DNA of 64,000 bases, from assembly GCA_035221665.1 (NCBI GenBank), contig CM069146.1, positions 46,686,001 through 46,750,000 of the forward strand, written 5' to 3'. The notes below the pieces were generated by a model, which saw only the letters and a list, made by a program, of their open reading frames with translations, did not search any database and was not told the DNA's origin. Position numbers and translations under genes: made by a program. The stretch comes from Okamejei kenojei (taxonomy: Eukaryota). Below are positions 40,036-52,962 of this stretch, in pieces; positions within the stretch are counted from its first letter, which is position 1; each line of letters starts with the position of its first letter.

Positions 40036-43000
40036 CATGTGCCCCTATAATTTCCCCAACCCCTTTCCATGAAAAAAAAACTAGTTCTGTTACATTGTGG
40101 TGCTTTTTCTGCTGGTTTGGCTGGGAGATATTGTTAGCTCATCCAATCAAGCCAAACAAATTTGAGTAACAGACAGTTTCAAGGTTGAGAACTGTGAGCT
40201 CTGCTTAGGAATAGTGCAGCCTCTTGAGTGGCAGCTTTTCAATGGCATTTGACATGAGTGTTGAAAAAGTAGTTTCAGCAGAAGTAATGGAGAGCAAGTC
40301 ATACATCACTGGAAATAAAGCAAATGCACACAGTATAATGTTGCACAGCTTAGACTGTATTCAAAGAATGGATTTTTAATGTTGAGCGACAACAGCCACT
40401 CAACCTAGCTTTTCTCTTGTCAAAAGCATGGTTTTGTATAATTTTTTTAGGCATTTTCAAAAAATCTCACATGTATGAAAGTGATTTATTCTTCAATATA
40501 TTCATTCTTGGGTGACCCCCCCCCCCCCCAACCCCCTTTTAATTAAGCGTTATGTTTAAAACCAAAAGTACCTCGACATCATGTCAAAAATATTCAAAAG
40601 GATTTCAAAGCTGTTTTGCATCGAAAGTCTGTAATGTCTGTCTAAGTCGTGGTCCAGATCACTTTCTAACATAAGTGGAGCATTAATATTTTTTAATCTT
40701 TTGTCTCATGAAACTTGAAATTTATGTGCCGATTTCAGCTGGCATGCTGAAAAAAAATGGTAGTACCAATAGTTAACCTGCATTGCACAATCAGTGAATG
40801 CGAGCTTGCATGCATCGTAACTTAGTAATTATTTTCCGATGACAAACAGAATAACCCATGCAATTGATAAATATTAATATTGTCTTATTATCGAGGAGAA
40901 GAGGGCTCTGATAATTAATCATTGTGCCGGGTAACAGATGTCAGAATGTGAGCGTACTGTTTATTAGTAGAATTATGCATCATTAATTGCTATCTTTTAA
41001 GCAAGCTGAGAATACCAATTTTTGTTGTTAAGAGATTTCAGTTTGCAAATTACTGCTTTATTTAATCTGGCACTTTACAGCCAAACCAAAATTAACATTG
41101 CACATTGTAAGGTGTTTCCATTAGATGTGGTGCTGCTGTTATTTGTTTCTCATTTCAAAGGTATTCCTGATGGGTAAAATAAAATGCTTGTTTGTGATTT
41201 ATGATCAGTTTACGCCACTTATAAACCTGTTCAACAGACTCTAGAAGATGATCAAGCTAAAAATAAGGCTAATGGAAGGAGGGGCGATGTGCAGTGTTTT
41301 AACTTAAAGGCTAATTCATTTCTAGATAAGTGTGCTGAATATTTTTGAAATGATTTCAGTGTGATGTACCTGAGTCTTGATGAAATCAAAGTTAAGTCAA
41401 AAGAGTTTATTGTCATGCGTCCCTGACAGGACAATGAAATTCTTTCTTTGCTTAGCACAACATAGTAGGCATTGACTACAAAACAGATCAGTGTGTCCAT
41501 ATACCATTATATACGCAAATACACACATGAATAATTTACATGTATTTATGATGGAAAGTGCTGTCAAGGCAATACCCAAACTGCATAACTTTCAACAGAA
41601 GTGAACCCAAGAAACACCCAAAGTGAACGGATTCTGTTAATTTTCGGAGTGACCCGTTTTAGCCTTTAAAAAAAAAATTATTGCATTTTAAAAATTAGGA
41701 AGGAAATTTCAACATGTAAAACGTATTAATGTCAGACTGATCAACAACAAAATATGCTACATATTCATCTGGACATGGCACATTGTGGTGACAAATATGT
41801 TGCACCATACATCTTAAAACTAAACTTTGAAGACAGATCACAATGTCCTTTTGGCCCACTGGGTCCGTGCTGACCAGCGATTCCTGCATATTAATACTAT
41901 CCCACTAGGGGCAATTTTTTTTAACATTTACAAAGCCAATTAACCTACAAATCTGTACTTTTTTTGTATTCTCTAACGCAATATACAATCCTAACCAGGG
42001 ATGAATACATACAGTATATGAAATTTAAAAAAAGGTGTTTTCCCTCTGTCAGTTTTCAAAGTAACAAGAGGATTTTTTGGTTGCCTATATGGACCTGGGT
42101 CAAAATTTTGGCATTTAACCAGAAACTATTTTTGAAATATTGGATCGTGTTTTTAGATATTCAGTTTCCAGCATTGTGGACATCTAAGGTTCTGGTTGGG
42201 TGAGGGAAGATTTTGGCGCATTCACATGTTTCCAGCAGCTTTTTACATGACGCATATTTAAATATTCTAAGGACAAATCAATGAACTTAACACCATATTG
42301 TATTAGCATGTATTACATACACTTTGCTGGGGAATGCAACTATGGTGCAATCATCACAGCCTTTGCTAGTTAAATATGCATTGGATTTTTTTAAAGGCAT
42401 GTTATACAGATTATTTTTGTTTGTTTTTGTAGATCACATTTCTCAGGATTATATAATTACACCATGCTCCCTTACTCTTAATATTTGATAGCAGAGACAA
42501 GACTTATGATTGAGATTCTATTTACTGTTCAGTGAGCCAAGAGGTTGGGAAGAAAGCTAAATAGCCTGAAAATTACTAAACTAAACCATGTCTGTTTGCC
42601 TTGGTAGTTCTTCACTTGTGTTTGTAAAGGTTGTGATCTGTGATGGAATTCTGTAATTGTGCGGTGTTTTAAAGTAAGCAAGCGCAGGACCTTCGGATAA
42701 TGACTATTAGCAATACTGTGGTAATTGGAGAACTTGTGAACAAGGATACGCAGAAGGGTGAGGTGTTAAACATGGGTGATACACTTTTCACCCGAACCCT
42801 GCTGCCTCCTTTGCTACTGCGTCTGAATCTCATCTGTGGTAATTGATGCCGTTATCAAAAAAAAAATTGAAAAGTGACACTTCTAAAGCAATTGACAGAG
42901 TTGACATTCCATTAATTTGTTAACACAATTCGCAAGTGATTGTCACAGATGAAACACCTTTCCCCGCGATGCCCATACCGGTGCTTGCTTTCCCACCGAT

Positions 43001-43639
43001 TTGCAGTCGTATTTAATTTGGAAGCTCTGCTCGTTTGTTAAATTAGCAATTAGAACAATTTTGTGGGAATATGTATATGTGTCATTAGGTTTTTTTTTTC
43101 CACCAAATTAATGGGAAGAGCAGAGGTCAGTTCGAAATTTTTCAGTTAACTGGAGTGCCTCTGTTGAGATTCGGAGCTTGTTTGGAACAGTTGCAGCTGC
43201 AAGCTAAAGCCGAACAGCTGCTTTCAGCCACGCTGGCTGCAGAGCTCCATTTAATTAGTTTACCTCATAGCTATTATTGCTAATATCACTGCCGTCCCCC
43301 TCAAAAAAAAAATTACCGTTCCGATTTTTAAAAATTCTTCCGACATCTTGTGTCACCACAGGCTGATGATGGGGTCAGTTTGATGCAGTGTTTAATCATT
43401 AGATCACCTCCACAAGCATCACCTAATTAGAATCCTTTCAATACAATTTCATCTTTTAATTAGCTGAGAATGTCTGCTTCCTCTGTAGCTTATTAGTGGC
43501 ATCGCAGTGGTGGGTGTGAATCTCACTGTTATTTGTCAAGTCTGTTAAACCTTTCTCCTTTCTCCTATTTTTTTGTCTCCTTCCGCCCCCCCCCCCCCCG
43601 ACGCATTGCCCACATCTTACCCTCAAACCATCTTTGTAG

Positions 43640-43841
43640 CTGAACCTGGTATCGAATGTCACGTTGTCAAAGACTGCATTGGAAGCTAATCCACAGAGTT
43701 TACCTCACACTCCCACGACGCCAACTGCCCCTCTTACCCCCATCACCCAGGGACACTCTGTCATCACTCCCACCAACATGCATAGCATGGGACCCATCCG
43801 AAGGCGGTACCCAGACAAGTACAACGTGCCAATTTCCTCAG
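43640..43841 (+). CDS. FOXP1: FOXP1 coding exon ([34 protein letters not shown]...[17 protein letters not shown]); completes the PLNLV CtBP-binding motif
   Basis: ttgtag acceptor ending 43639, gtgagt donor at 43842. 202 bp, phase 0 to 1. Confidence 0.96.
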
Positions 43842-43966
43842 GTGAGTCCCCTTTGTTCTTCACAGAAATAAAATTAAAATGTTAAAATATTTATTAACTG
43901 TTTCAATTCTCAGAATCGCAGGAGGACGTTCAGCCCAGTGAGTCCGTCTGTTATGGTTTTCTATTA

Positions 43967-44191
43967 TGTGTCGGAATGATCTGCAGACGCTGGTTTAAAC
44001 CGAAGATAGACACAAAAAGCTGGATTAACTCAGCTGGACAGGCATCTACTCTGGAGAGATGGAATGGGTGACGTTTCGGGTCAAGACCCTTGTTCAGGAA
44101 GAAGGGGCACGACCCGAAACGTCACCCATTCCTTATCTCCAGAGATGCTGCCTGTCTCGCTGAGTTAATCCAGCTTTTGGTGCTGATCTTC
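43967..44191. mobile_element. Penelope-derived palindromic element with head-to-head hammerhead-like cores; 13-bp TSD
   Basis: tggttttctatta (43954-43966) / tggttttatatta (44192-44204); arms of about 95 nt around 44097. Confidence 0.8.
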
Positions 44192-44224
44192 TGGTTTTAT
44201 ATTAAATATAGATTGGGTAAACGC

Positions 44225-44680
44225 ACAGAGTGTCTTGCCTAGAGGATATTTATAAGGCAGAGATAGATAGATTCTTGACTAATACAGGTGTCAGGGGTTA
44301 TAGGGTGAAGGCAGGAGAATGTGGTTTAGAGGGAAAGATAAATCAGCATGATTGAATGGCGGGGTAGACTTGAAGGGCTGAATGGAATCGATTCCCCAAC
44401 TTATGAAGTCGGGGAATCGAGAAGCAGAGGACATAGGTTTAAGGTGAGAGGAGAAGGATTTAATAGGAACCTGAGAGTAACCTTTTTACACAAAGGGTTG
44501 TGGGTGTATGGAACAAGCGGAAGGAGTTGAGGCAGCTACTATCGCAACGTTTAAGAAACATTTAGACAGGTACATGGATAGGATAGGTTTAGAGGGATTT
44601 GGGCCAAATACAGGCAGGTGTGTGATTTGTGTCGGCGTGAGCAAGCTGGGCCAAAGGGCCTGTTTCCACGCTGTGTGACT
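44225..44680 (+). mobile_element. Two CR1 3' fragments in tandem
   Basis: GESRSRGHRFKVRGEGFNRNLR; two different CR1 3' UTR types. Confidence 0.75.
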
Positions 44681-45769
44681 CTGAAAGCAACCCACAAGTA
44701 GCAAAACAGAAATCGTTGGAGTAACCTAGTGTATCAGTCAGCATCTGCTGAGGAAATAGATAGGCGACGGGTCCTGACCCGAAACACCACCATTCCATAA
44801 CCTCCACAGATGATGCCTGGTCCTCTGACTTACTCCAGCACCCAGTGTTTTGCTCAAGATTCCAGCATCTACAGTTCCTTATATATCCAAAAGTAGTGAT
44901 ATTCCCTCATCCCTCAAAGTTCCTTTAGATACTTATCCAACTCCCTTTTGAATACTACAATTGATCTGCAACTCCTATTAACCACTGCATTCGACACTCT
45001 GGCTGATCTCTGTATTTTCCTTTGTGTTATTTTTTTCGTTCTTTTTACCAATTACCTTCATCCCTTCCCTTACAAAGCAAACAGTTTCTCTCCGTGTACC
45101 CAGTCTATGTCCTTTATGATTTAAATACATCTACCAGATCCCCTTGTAACCCTGATCCAAGCAGAACATCTCCAGCCTGTTTGCATGTAAAGTCCCTCAT
45201 CTCTGAAATAATTGTAGCTATTCTCTTCTGCGCCCTCTCTAGAAGCTTTTACGTTTCCTAAAGTGGTGCAAACAAGGATTTAAATTATAATAAAGGTTCA
45301 CCACGAATCCTTCCTCACACATCCTGTTCCTATGTAAAAGCATAGGATTCCATGTGTATTTGTTAGCATTTCTTTTGTAGACCGTTCAAACCCCACACAG
45401 AGAGTGGGGTTCAAGTAGACCGTTCAAACCCCACACAGAGAGCACCCGAGATCAAGCTTGAACAGGGGTCTCTGGTGCTTTGTAACAGCAGCTCTACTAG
45501 CTGCACAATTGTGTAGCATCAAACAATTTATATGTGGAACTCATTGCCACAGAAGATTGTGGAAGCCAAGTCAATGGGTATTTTTAAGATTGATAGATTC
45601 TTGATTTAGTAAGGGAGAAGGTAGAAGAATGGGGTTGAGAGGCGAAGATAGATCGGCCATGATTGAATGGCGGAGTAGACTTGATGGGCTGAATGGCCTA
45701 ATACTGCTCCTAAAATATGAACTCGTAAAAGCTGATAAAATATATATTTTTATAATAATTGTCTGAAAA

Positions 45770-46197
45770 AACCCACCACACCACCTCCAGGTCTCTCAGA
45801 TTGGCCGACTTGGGATTATTGAACATCCCGCGGTCTAGGCTTAAGCTCAGGTGCGACCGCGCCTTTGCAGTTGCCGCTCCTAGACTGTGGAACAGCATCC
45901 CTCTTCCCATCAGAACTGCCCCCTCCATCGACTCCTTTAACCATATAACCATATAACAATTACAGCACGGAAACAGGCCCTCTCGGCCCTTCCAGTCCGT
46001 GCCGACCATTTGTCGAGACATAAAACTCATCTTTACTATCAAACCTTTCTTGACGTCCTTTTAGGGGGGGCTATATGTATGTAATTATGTATGTACTTAA
46101 TATGTATAACGTTAGTACCTCCACTAATGTAAAGCACTTTGGCCAACGAGAGCTGTTTTTTAAATGTGCTATAGAAATAAAAGTGACTTGACTTGAA
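45770..46197 (+). mobile_element. L2-clade LINE 3' end (with a short insert at about 45941-46010)
   Basis: SRSLRLADLGLLNIPRSRLKLRCDRAFAVAAPRLWNSIPLPIRTAPSIDSF, an L2 ORF2 C-terminus; tail aataaaagtgacttgacttga. Confidence 0.85.
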
Positions 46198-46272
46198 ATG
46201 TAATTATCATTTGAGTACAATTGTAAATCAATATACCTCTGTATATTAATACATCTCAATGCCTATTTACAG

Positions 46273-46349
46273 ACATTGCTCAGAATCAGGAATTCTACAA
46301 GAATGCCGAAGTGAGACCTCCTTTTACATATGCATCATTAATAAGGCAG
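46273..46349 (+). CDS. FOXP1: FOXP1 coding exon, start of forkhead domain ([26 protein letters not shown])
   Basis: ttacag acceptor ending 46272, gtgagt donor at 46350. 77 bp. [12 protein letters not shown] forkhead motif. Confidence 0.97.
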
Positions 46350-46721
46350 GTGAGTACAATTAGTTTTGGAAAACATCTTTCACATTCAAATGTTCCTTCA
46401 ATCTGAACCAACTTTTTAAAAAGTTCATCTGTAACTTGAAAAACAATCTAGTGAAGTATAACATAGCTCAAAAGGTCAAAGCATTTTCAACTATTGTGTA
46501 TATTGCAAAAATATAAGAAAATAAAGTCCTTTCTAGACTTTTTAAATGTTAGAAATTGCTTTTTAAATATTAGAATTTGTTTTTTTCTTTTATGTTAAAA
46601 CACACTTTATGTTGAAATAAAGTGAGGTGAGTGAATTCATTCCTTCTATATATTTAAGTTAATGAAATATTCTTAAAAAGAACATTTGCAGTTATCATAA
46701 CACAAATTGTGTTTTATCTAG

Positions 46722-46838
<117 letters not shown>

Positions 46839-47087
46839 TAAAAATGAAACGTGTCTTAATCATAAGATCTGAGATTTGCAATGAATTGTGTAGCTTAAAG
46901 TAAACATGACATTGCATCTGACTTTGCGATCTTCCAGAATGTCTCAGCCATATAATAATTTATGCTAGAACACATAATTCAAACTCTTGATCTAAATAAC
47001 ATCATGAAAGAAATCACAATGGATGTTTTTTTTTTCCCTGCCTTTGTTGTATTTTATATATAAACATACAACATTGTATGTTTATAT

Positions 47088-47360
47088 GGTGGTGCAGTGA
47101 TAGAGTTGCTTCCTTAGAGGCTCAGACCCTGGTTCGATTCTGACTACGGGTGCTATCTGTATGGAGTTTGTACGTTCTCCCCGTGACCGTGTGGGGTTTC
47201 CCCGGGTGCTCCGGTTTCCGCGCACTCTCCAAAGACGTGCAGGTATGTAGGTTAATTGGCTTCCATTAAAAAAAATGTAAATTGTCCCTAATGTGTAAAA
47301 GAGTGCTGGTGTGTGGTGATTGCTGGTCGACACGGACTCAGCGCCAAAGGACTGTTTCCG
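47088..47360 (+). mobile_element. HE1-like V-SINE
   Basis: Head and core present. Confidence 0.85.
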
Positions 47361-47906
47361 TACGTAACAAACAACTACTGTTACGTAACAACACTTTGAG
47401 GACTGTGCTGCAAATGTTTAGTCACGATCCGCTAATGAGATGAACAGATGGCCTTGCAATGCAAAGAGAAGCTACTGTCTCTGTCATTGTTCTTCATGTC
47501 CTCTCCACAAACCATAGTTCATGCTCCAGTTTCTACATGCCACGAGTGATGGAGTCATGCATGATCATCAAGAACATATAGAATAAAGAAAAACGATACG
47601 ACGTCAATGCAGGACATAGTTTGTTTATGTGGATGATGCTTTCATTTACCTCCCTCTCTGAGCACAATATTCTGTTGGTGGCCAAGTTCAACAGAGAGGC
47701 ACTGTAAGTGAAATATTTCCATAATATCATTGCAAACTCAAAACAGAATAAAATCAATTTAAGAAATCTATCATAATTACATTGAGCAAACTTGCTAACA
47801 TTTTGAATGCTTTGACTCATTGTAATTACACAATTTTAGTTTATATTCTAATCCTCAATTAACCTACATTGTAATGTATTCTTATGGCTCTTAACCATTA
47901 TTTAAA

Positions 47907-48072
47907 CTTCTTCTTAATGAATCCACACAGAAGATTAGAAGTTGTTCAGCCAGAGCTGAACACACTTCTCGGCATCTGCATACAATGGTGTCTGTCTTGT
48001 CGCTTCCTGTGCGTGGTGGTGGAAAGATTGGTGGAAACAGGGCCGCGACGTGAACATTCTTTCCTTGACCCC
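47907..48072 (-). mobile_element. ~165-bp Vingi/Ingi-like non-autonomous retroelement with 5' HDV-like ribozyme (copy 1)
   Basis: Highly similar to 63557-63720; minus strand begins GGGGTCAAGGAAAGA... and ends in an aagaagaag tail. Confidence 0.75.
48021..48072 (-). ncRNA. Candidate minimal HDV-like self-cleaving ribozyme (P3 damaged)
   Basis: P1 GGGGTC/GGCCCT, P2 GGAAAGA/TCTTTCC, P3 ATG/CGC (mutated), L3 TTCACGT, J4/2 C-CAA. Confidence 0.55.
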
Positions 48073-48073
48073 A

Positions 48074-48365
48074 TTTAGACTTTAGAGATATAGAGCAGAA
48101 ACAGGCCCTTCGGCCCACCGAGTCTGTGCCGACCAGCGATCACCTGATACAACAGCACTATTGTACACACTAGGGACAATTTACAATTTACAGAAGCAAA
48201 TTAACCTAAAAAAATCTGCTTGTCTTTGGAGTGTGGGAAGAAACCGGAGTACCTGGAGAAAACCCACGTGGTCACAAGGAGAACGTACAAACTCCGTACA
48301 GACAGCACCCATAGTCAGGATCGAACCCGGGTCTCTGGCGCTGTGAGGAAGCAATTCACTGTGCT
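48074..48365 (-). mobile_element. HE1-like V-SINE
   Basis: Complete SINE on the minus strand. Confidence 0.85.
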
Positions 48366-48794
48366 ATCCTCAAGAGCCAAACCAAATGCAGTGAACTGGA
48401 ATAAAAGGCCCCAGTTATGTCTGTGTTGCTTATTGAAAGATCCAAAGATGAACTGCCATGCCTTCTTATGGCATTGCTGATGATTCTACTGGCTCTACAA
48501 GTACAGCCTGGAACACCAGCCCTCAGTTGACAATGAATGGCTGGATATCTACAGCTTGAGGCTGTGGCCACTAAAGGCAGGCTGGCTTCTGCTTTTCGTA
48601 TTGGCTGTGTGACTTTGGGTGTTAGGAAGTGGACTGGCCGTTAGAGCTCAACCTGGTCCATAAAGGCTGCTGCTTTTGTGTGAACTTTGACAAGTTTATG
48701 CAAATCACAAATCAGTCATTTTTTCAAGTTACTGAAAATGCATCAGAATTTTATAATAAGATTATTAATGACCGGCAATGTGCATAGGAAGGTT

Positions 48795-48980
48795 NNNNNN
48801 NNNNNNNNNNNNNNNNNNNNNNNNNNNNNNNNNNNNNNNNNNNNNNNNNNNNNNNNNNNNNNNNNNNNNNNNNNNNNNNNNNNNNNNNNNNNNNNNNNNN
48901 NNNNNNNNNNNNNNNNNNNNNNNNNNNNNNNNNNNNNNNNNNNNNNNNNNNNNNNNNNNNNNNNNNNNNNNNNNNNNNNN
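48795..48980. other. Assembly gap (N run)
   Basis: Run of n. Confidence 0.99.
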
Positions 48981-50004
48981 TTTCTTTCCATCTGTTCAAA
49001 CTTAGTTTCCTTTGCTCTCTCTTGTCTCTTTCTTGATACTCGCCCTTTTCAATGCTTGCCTCTAGCAAATTTGTATGTTCTTGTTTCTGATAATTCCCTC
49101 TCTCTTTCTGCAATGGACTTTTTCTCTCTATCTAAAAGATAAGTTGACTCTAGTGTGCACTGCTGTCTCTGCTTTGCTCCATTCTATTGTAGCATCTTGT
49201 TCTTAACTGGCTTTTCCTCTTCGTGTCGCTTGAAGACCTGAAGATAGTTGAGTTTACTATGTACTTTTATCCCTAATCTAAGTCCGTCATAAATACCTGA
49301 AACTAGTTAGGGTTCACAGTGTATCTTTACCAAAACTGCAAGTTATTTTAAAATTGTCCCATCCCATTCTACTGACAATTATTTCAAGATTCAAGATTAA
49401 GATTCATTTTATTTGTCACATGTACCAATTAAGGTACAGTGAAATTTGAGTCATTTATAATTGTTTTTCCCCAAAATATATTTTATTACTGAAAAATCCA
49501 GAAGGTGATTGTCTTGTATAGATAAGAAATTTTAACATACTAACATTTAGCTAATAGTGTATAATGAATTGCTAGTCATTAAATAACTTTACAAGAAAGA
49601 TTAAGGGCACAGCATCAAAATGGATTTGAATTGGTAGAATCAAATAGGTTTTGTCAAAATAAATGAGGACAAATTGATTTATAAGTTATTATAAATTCCT
49701 ATTTTGTTCTACAAGGGCTAATGTTTGTTTGCCTTCTACTTTGCAAAGAAAATTGATTCGGAAACACTCACTAACTTGCCTACGATGCTTTCATTCTTCA
49801 ATGTCACTGCTCAATGGTTCCTTCTGAGTTGTGCCTAGGAAGTTACTTGTGCACAGGATGGAACAAAGATATAAATTTATAAAAGCTAACAAAAAAAGTG
49901 TATATTTGCCAAAGGCCTCTCTGAGAAGTAGAAGCTCTGCTTCTCTTCCTTTAAGTGAAAGTTTGACCAACAACCACCCCCCACACCTACACTCATGGAA
50001 GACC

Positions 50005-50250
50005 ACTCATAGAGTGGTGAATCTGTGGAATTCTCTGCCACAGAAGGTAGTTGAGGCCAGTTTGTTGGCCATATTTAAGAGGGAGTTGGATGTGGCTCTT
50101 GTGGCTGAAGGGATCAGGGGGTATGGAGAGAAGGCAGGTACAGGATACTGAGTTGGATGATCAGCCATGATCATATTGAATGGCGGTGCAGGCTCGATGG
50201 GCCGAATGGCCTGCTCCTGCACCTATTTTCTATGTTTCTATGTTTCTATC
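50005..50250 (+). mobile_element. CR1/HER1 LINE 3' end
   Basis: RVVNLWNSLPQKVVEASLLAIFKRELDVAL...GYGEKAGTGY*; (tatgtttc)n tail. Confidence 0.88.
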
Positions 50251-51326
50251 CATTCTTCAGATATTGCCATGACTGTCACTCTTTGTACTCAACCTATCTA
50301 GTGGTTCAGGCAAATGTTGATCTTCACAAATGTTCACATTCGTAATGAAATGGCTCAGGAGAGGATGATTAAGAATGCCAGTAAGATGCAGATCTCTCTG
50401 TCACATTTACCATTTTAATGGAGAAACTGATCATCTCTGACCTCAATAATTAAAATTGGTATTGAGCGGTTCCCTCGATATTATCCCTTTTTAATGCATG
50501 CAGCATTATCAATTTGTTGCGTGTTTCTTATTCCTTAGCTCCAATTTTGACATGCATTTTTTTGCTGGTGTCAAAATCAGACTTTTCTCATCCAAGGATT
50601 CTCAAATGTTATTTAAGCGATAGGGCAGATTTAGTCCATCTTCAACGTGTCAGATCTACAGCTGTGACTTTGACAAGTACCAGCTCAATAGATTCATTCA
50701 ACTCTTTAACAGAATGCTCCACCAACTGCTGACAGTCCTTTCAAGGGGCACATTTTAGTGATGAACATTCAGCTTCCCTACTGTGACTCAGTCCTGCATG
50801 GCAGCATGCAGCATTGTAGAAACACTGAATTGGTATGTATGGAAGTGTCCTCCATCTATTTATGAATAGCCAGCGTGCATATAAATAGCATATGAAAAGC
50901 AAATGTATATATGCCTTTTGCAATAACTTGCGATCCTTTCTTTGACTTTTTTTTAAACATACTGCTGTAGGGCAGAAGCTTCAAATGGTTGTGACAAGTC
51001 AGAATCAATGCCTGTTTACTTTATTCCTACTATTTCATAACTAAAAGGTTTTGGTTCATAAGGGTCTTCACTATTTTCAAAGTGGACAATGCTGTGATTG
51101 TTCTCAAACAATAGATTTTTAAACATGTGCTCTTTTGTACTTTTAATTGGAATTTAAATGTTTGCCAAGTGCACGCTGTGTGCCAATCAGATCATCAAAA
51201 AGAAAATTGCAAATTATTTCCATGTTGCCCAACATTTTTTAATGGTTTACCCGCAATATTCTGCACACTAATTGGATTGGTATTAGAGTTATGAATGTAT
51301 GTCAGTAATTTTCCTTTTCCTTTCTG

Positions 51327-51642
51327 GGTGGCACGGTGGTGCAGTGGTAGCGTTGTTGCCTGACAGCGCTTGCAGCGCCGGAGACCCGGGTTCGATCCCG
51401 ACTACGGGTGCTGTCTGTACGGAGTTTGTACGTCCTCTCCGTGACCTGCATGGGTTTTCTCCGAGATCTTTGGTTTCCTCCCACACTCCAAAGACGTACA
51501 GGTTTGTAGGTTAATTGGCTTGGTATAAGTGTAAATTGTCCCTAGTGTGAGTAGGATAGCATTAATGTACGAGGATTGCTGGTCGGTGCGGACTCGGTTG
51601 GCCGATGGGCCTGTTTCCACACTGTATCTGAAAACTAAACTA
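51327..51642 (+). mobile_element. HE1-like V-SINE (full length, well preserved)
   Basis: ggtggtgcagtggtag A-box-like, gggttcgatccc B box, V core, aaactaaac tail. Confidence 0.9.
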
Positions 51643-52468
51643 AGCTACAAATAAGCAATTCAAATTTGGCGTAGATGGAGTCAATTAAATTTTCACTCAA
51701 ATTCTGTCCAGATAAATAGTAAAAAGGTATCCTACGAATGAAGTTTGACCAGATTTGCTTTCCACAGCCAGAACAATCAGGGATCTTGCATTCATCTCTA
51801 AATGGCGATCAACAATTAAACAGGTCACATTTGATGAAGGGTAATAGAATAAATAACAAAGGAGTTGCTTAGAATTGAATGTAAGATACGTTATTGGAAC
51901 AGTGTTTCAAACTGACAAGCTCCAAAATTTGCCTGAATCTGCTAATTGAGGTCTATTCACCTTTTATTACCCCATACAAATGTTTTCAGTTCATCCATCA
52001 TTTTTTATTGTCCCATTTAAGTACGACGATACCTACTGTGTCGTGTAAAGTTGTAAATAATTTAATTATGTGTCTGAACTTTGATTATGATTCCCCCTGT
52101 ATGCTTATTCCAAACGACAGTCGTTGAAGACAACGTGAAATTAAATTTCTTATGAATTTAATGTGAATTCCTGTAGAAACTGACTGTTGTGTGCTACAGG
52201 TTTGAGAATGACGCCACTGTGGTATTAACAACGTAACTAAAGATTATCAATTAGTTGTAGAACAAAAAAAAAATGCCACATCTATGTTCTGTTCCACAAA
52301 CTGTTTTTCTGCGCTGATCAAAGAATTATGGATGAAATCGAGTAGCAAATATCGACAGCAAGCTTGAATTTTTTTGAATCTACATTGTGGCCGTGGCAAC
52401 ACTTGTAATATATACTTCCTTTCTTTTAGCTACGACATTGAATGTTTTCTTCTTTGTACTTACTATAG

Positions 52469-52606
<138 letters not shown>

Positions 52607-52863
52607 TAATTGCTTAAACCTCGTAGCATAGCTAGCTCCCCTGTAGCTTAACGTACAGCTCATGGCTGCTTGCAGGTGACGGAGGGAAGGGCGTTGCTTG
52701 GTTATATTCTTGCTGCCTAGGAAAATGTGGGGCATGGAAAAGCAAGTGCGTTGTCACAGAGTCCTTTCCCCTTATTTTCCAGTCTGTGTTTGCCATGGTG
52801 CCCATCCCCATGTCCTTTCCATCTGCTTGCCTAGTGTTCTGCATCACGTGCTTCTGCTTGCAG

Positions 52864-52929
52864 GCTACACATATTAACCCCACAAATCATTTGCTTATTT
52901 CATTTTTTTTTTCTCCTTTTCCTTACCCA

Positions 52930-52962
<33 letters not shown>

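Noticed and set aside
45377-45443. Direct repeat of about 27 bp (gtagaccgttcaaaccccacacagagag) with a short spacer, superficially CRISPR-like
   Set aside because: Only two copies, inside a SINE fragment in a vertebrate intron; a local duplication.
47360-47390. Small hairpin tacgtaaca...tgttacgta (similar one at about 49923-49945)
   Set aside because: Stems of 9-10 bp are expected by chance in 64 kb, and there is no supporting context.
51327-51410. tRNA-like sequences (A box, GGTTCGATCC) at many positions
   Set aside because: Each continues into the V-SINE core and LINE-like tail; they are SINE heads, not tRNA genes.
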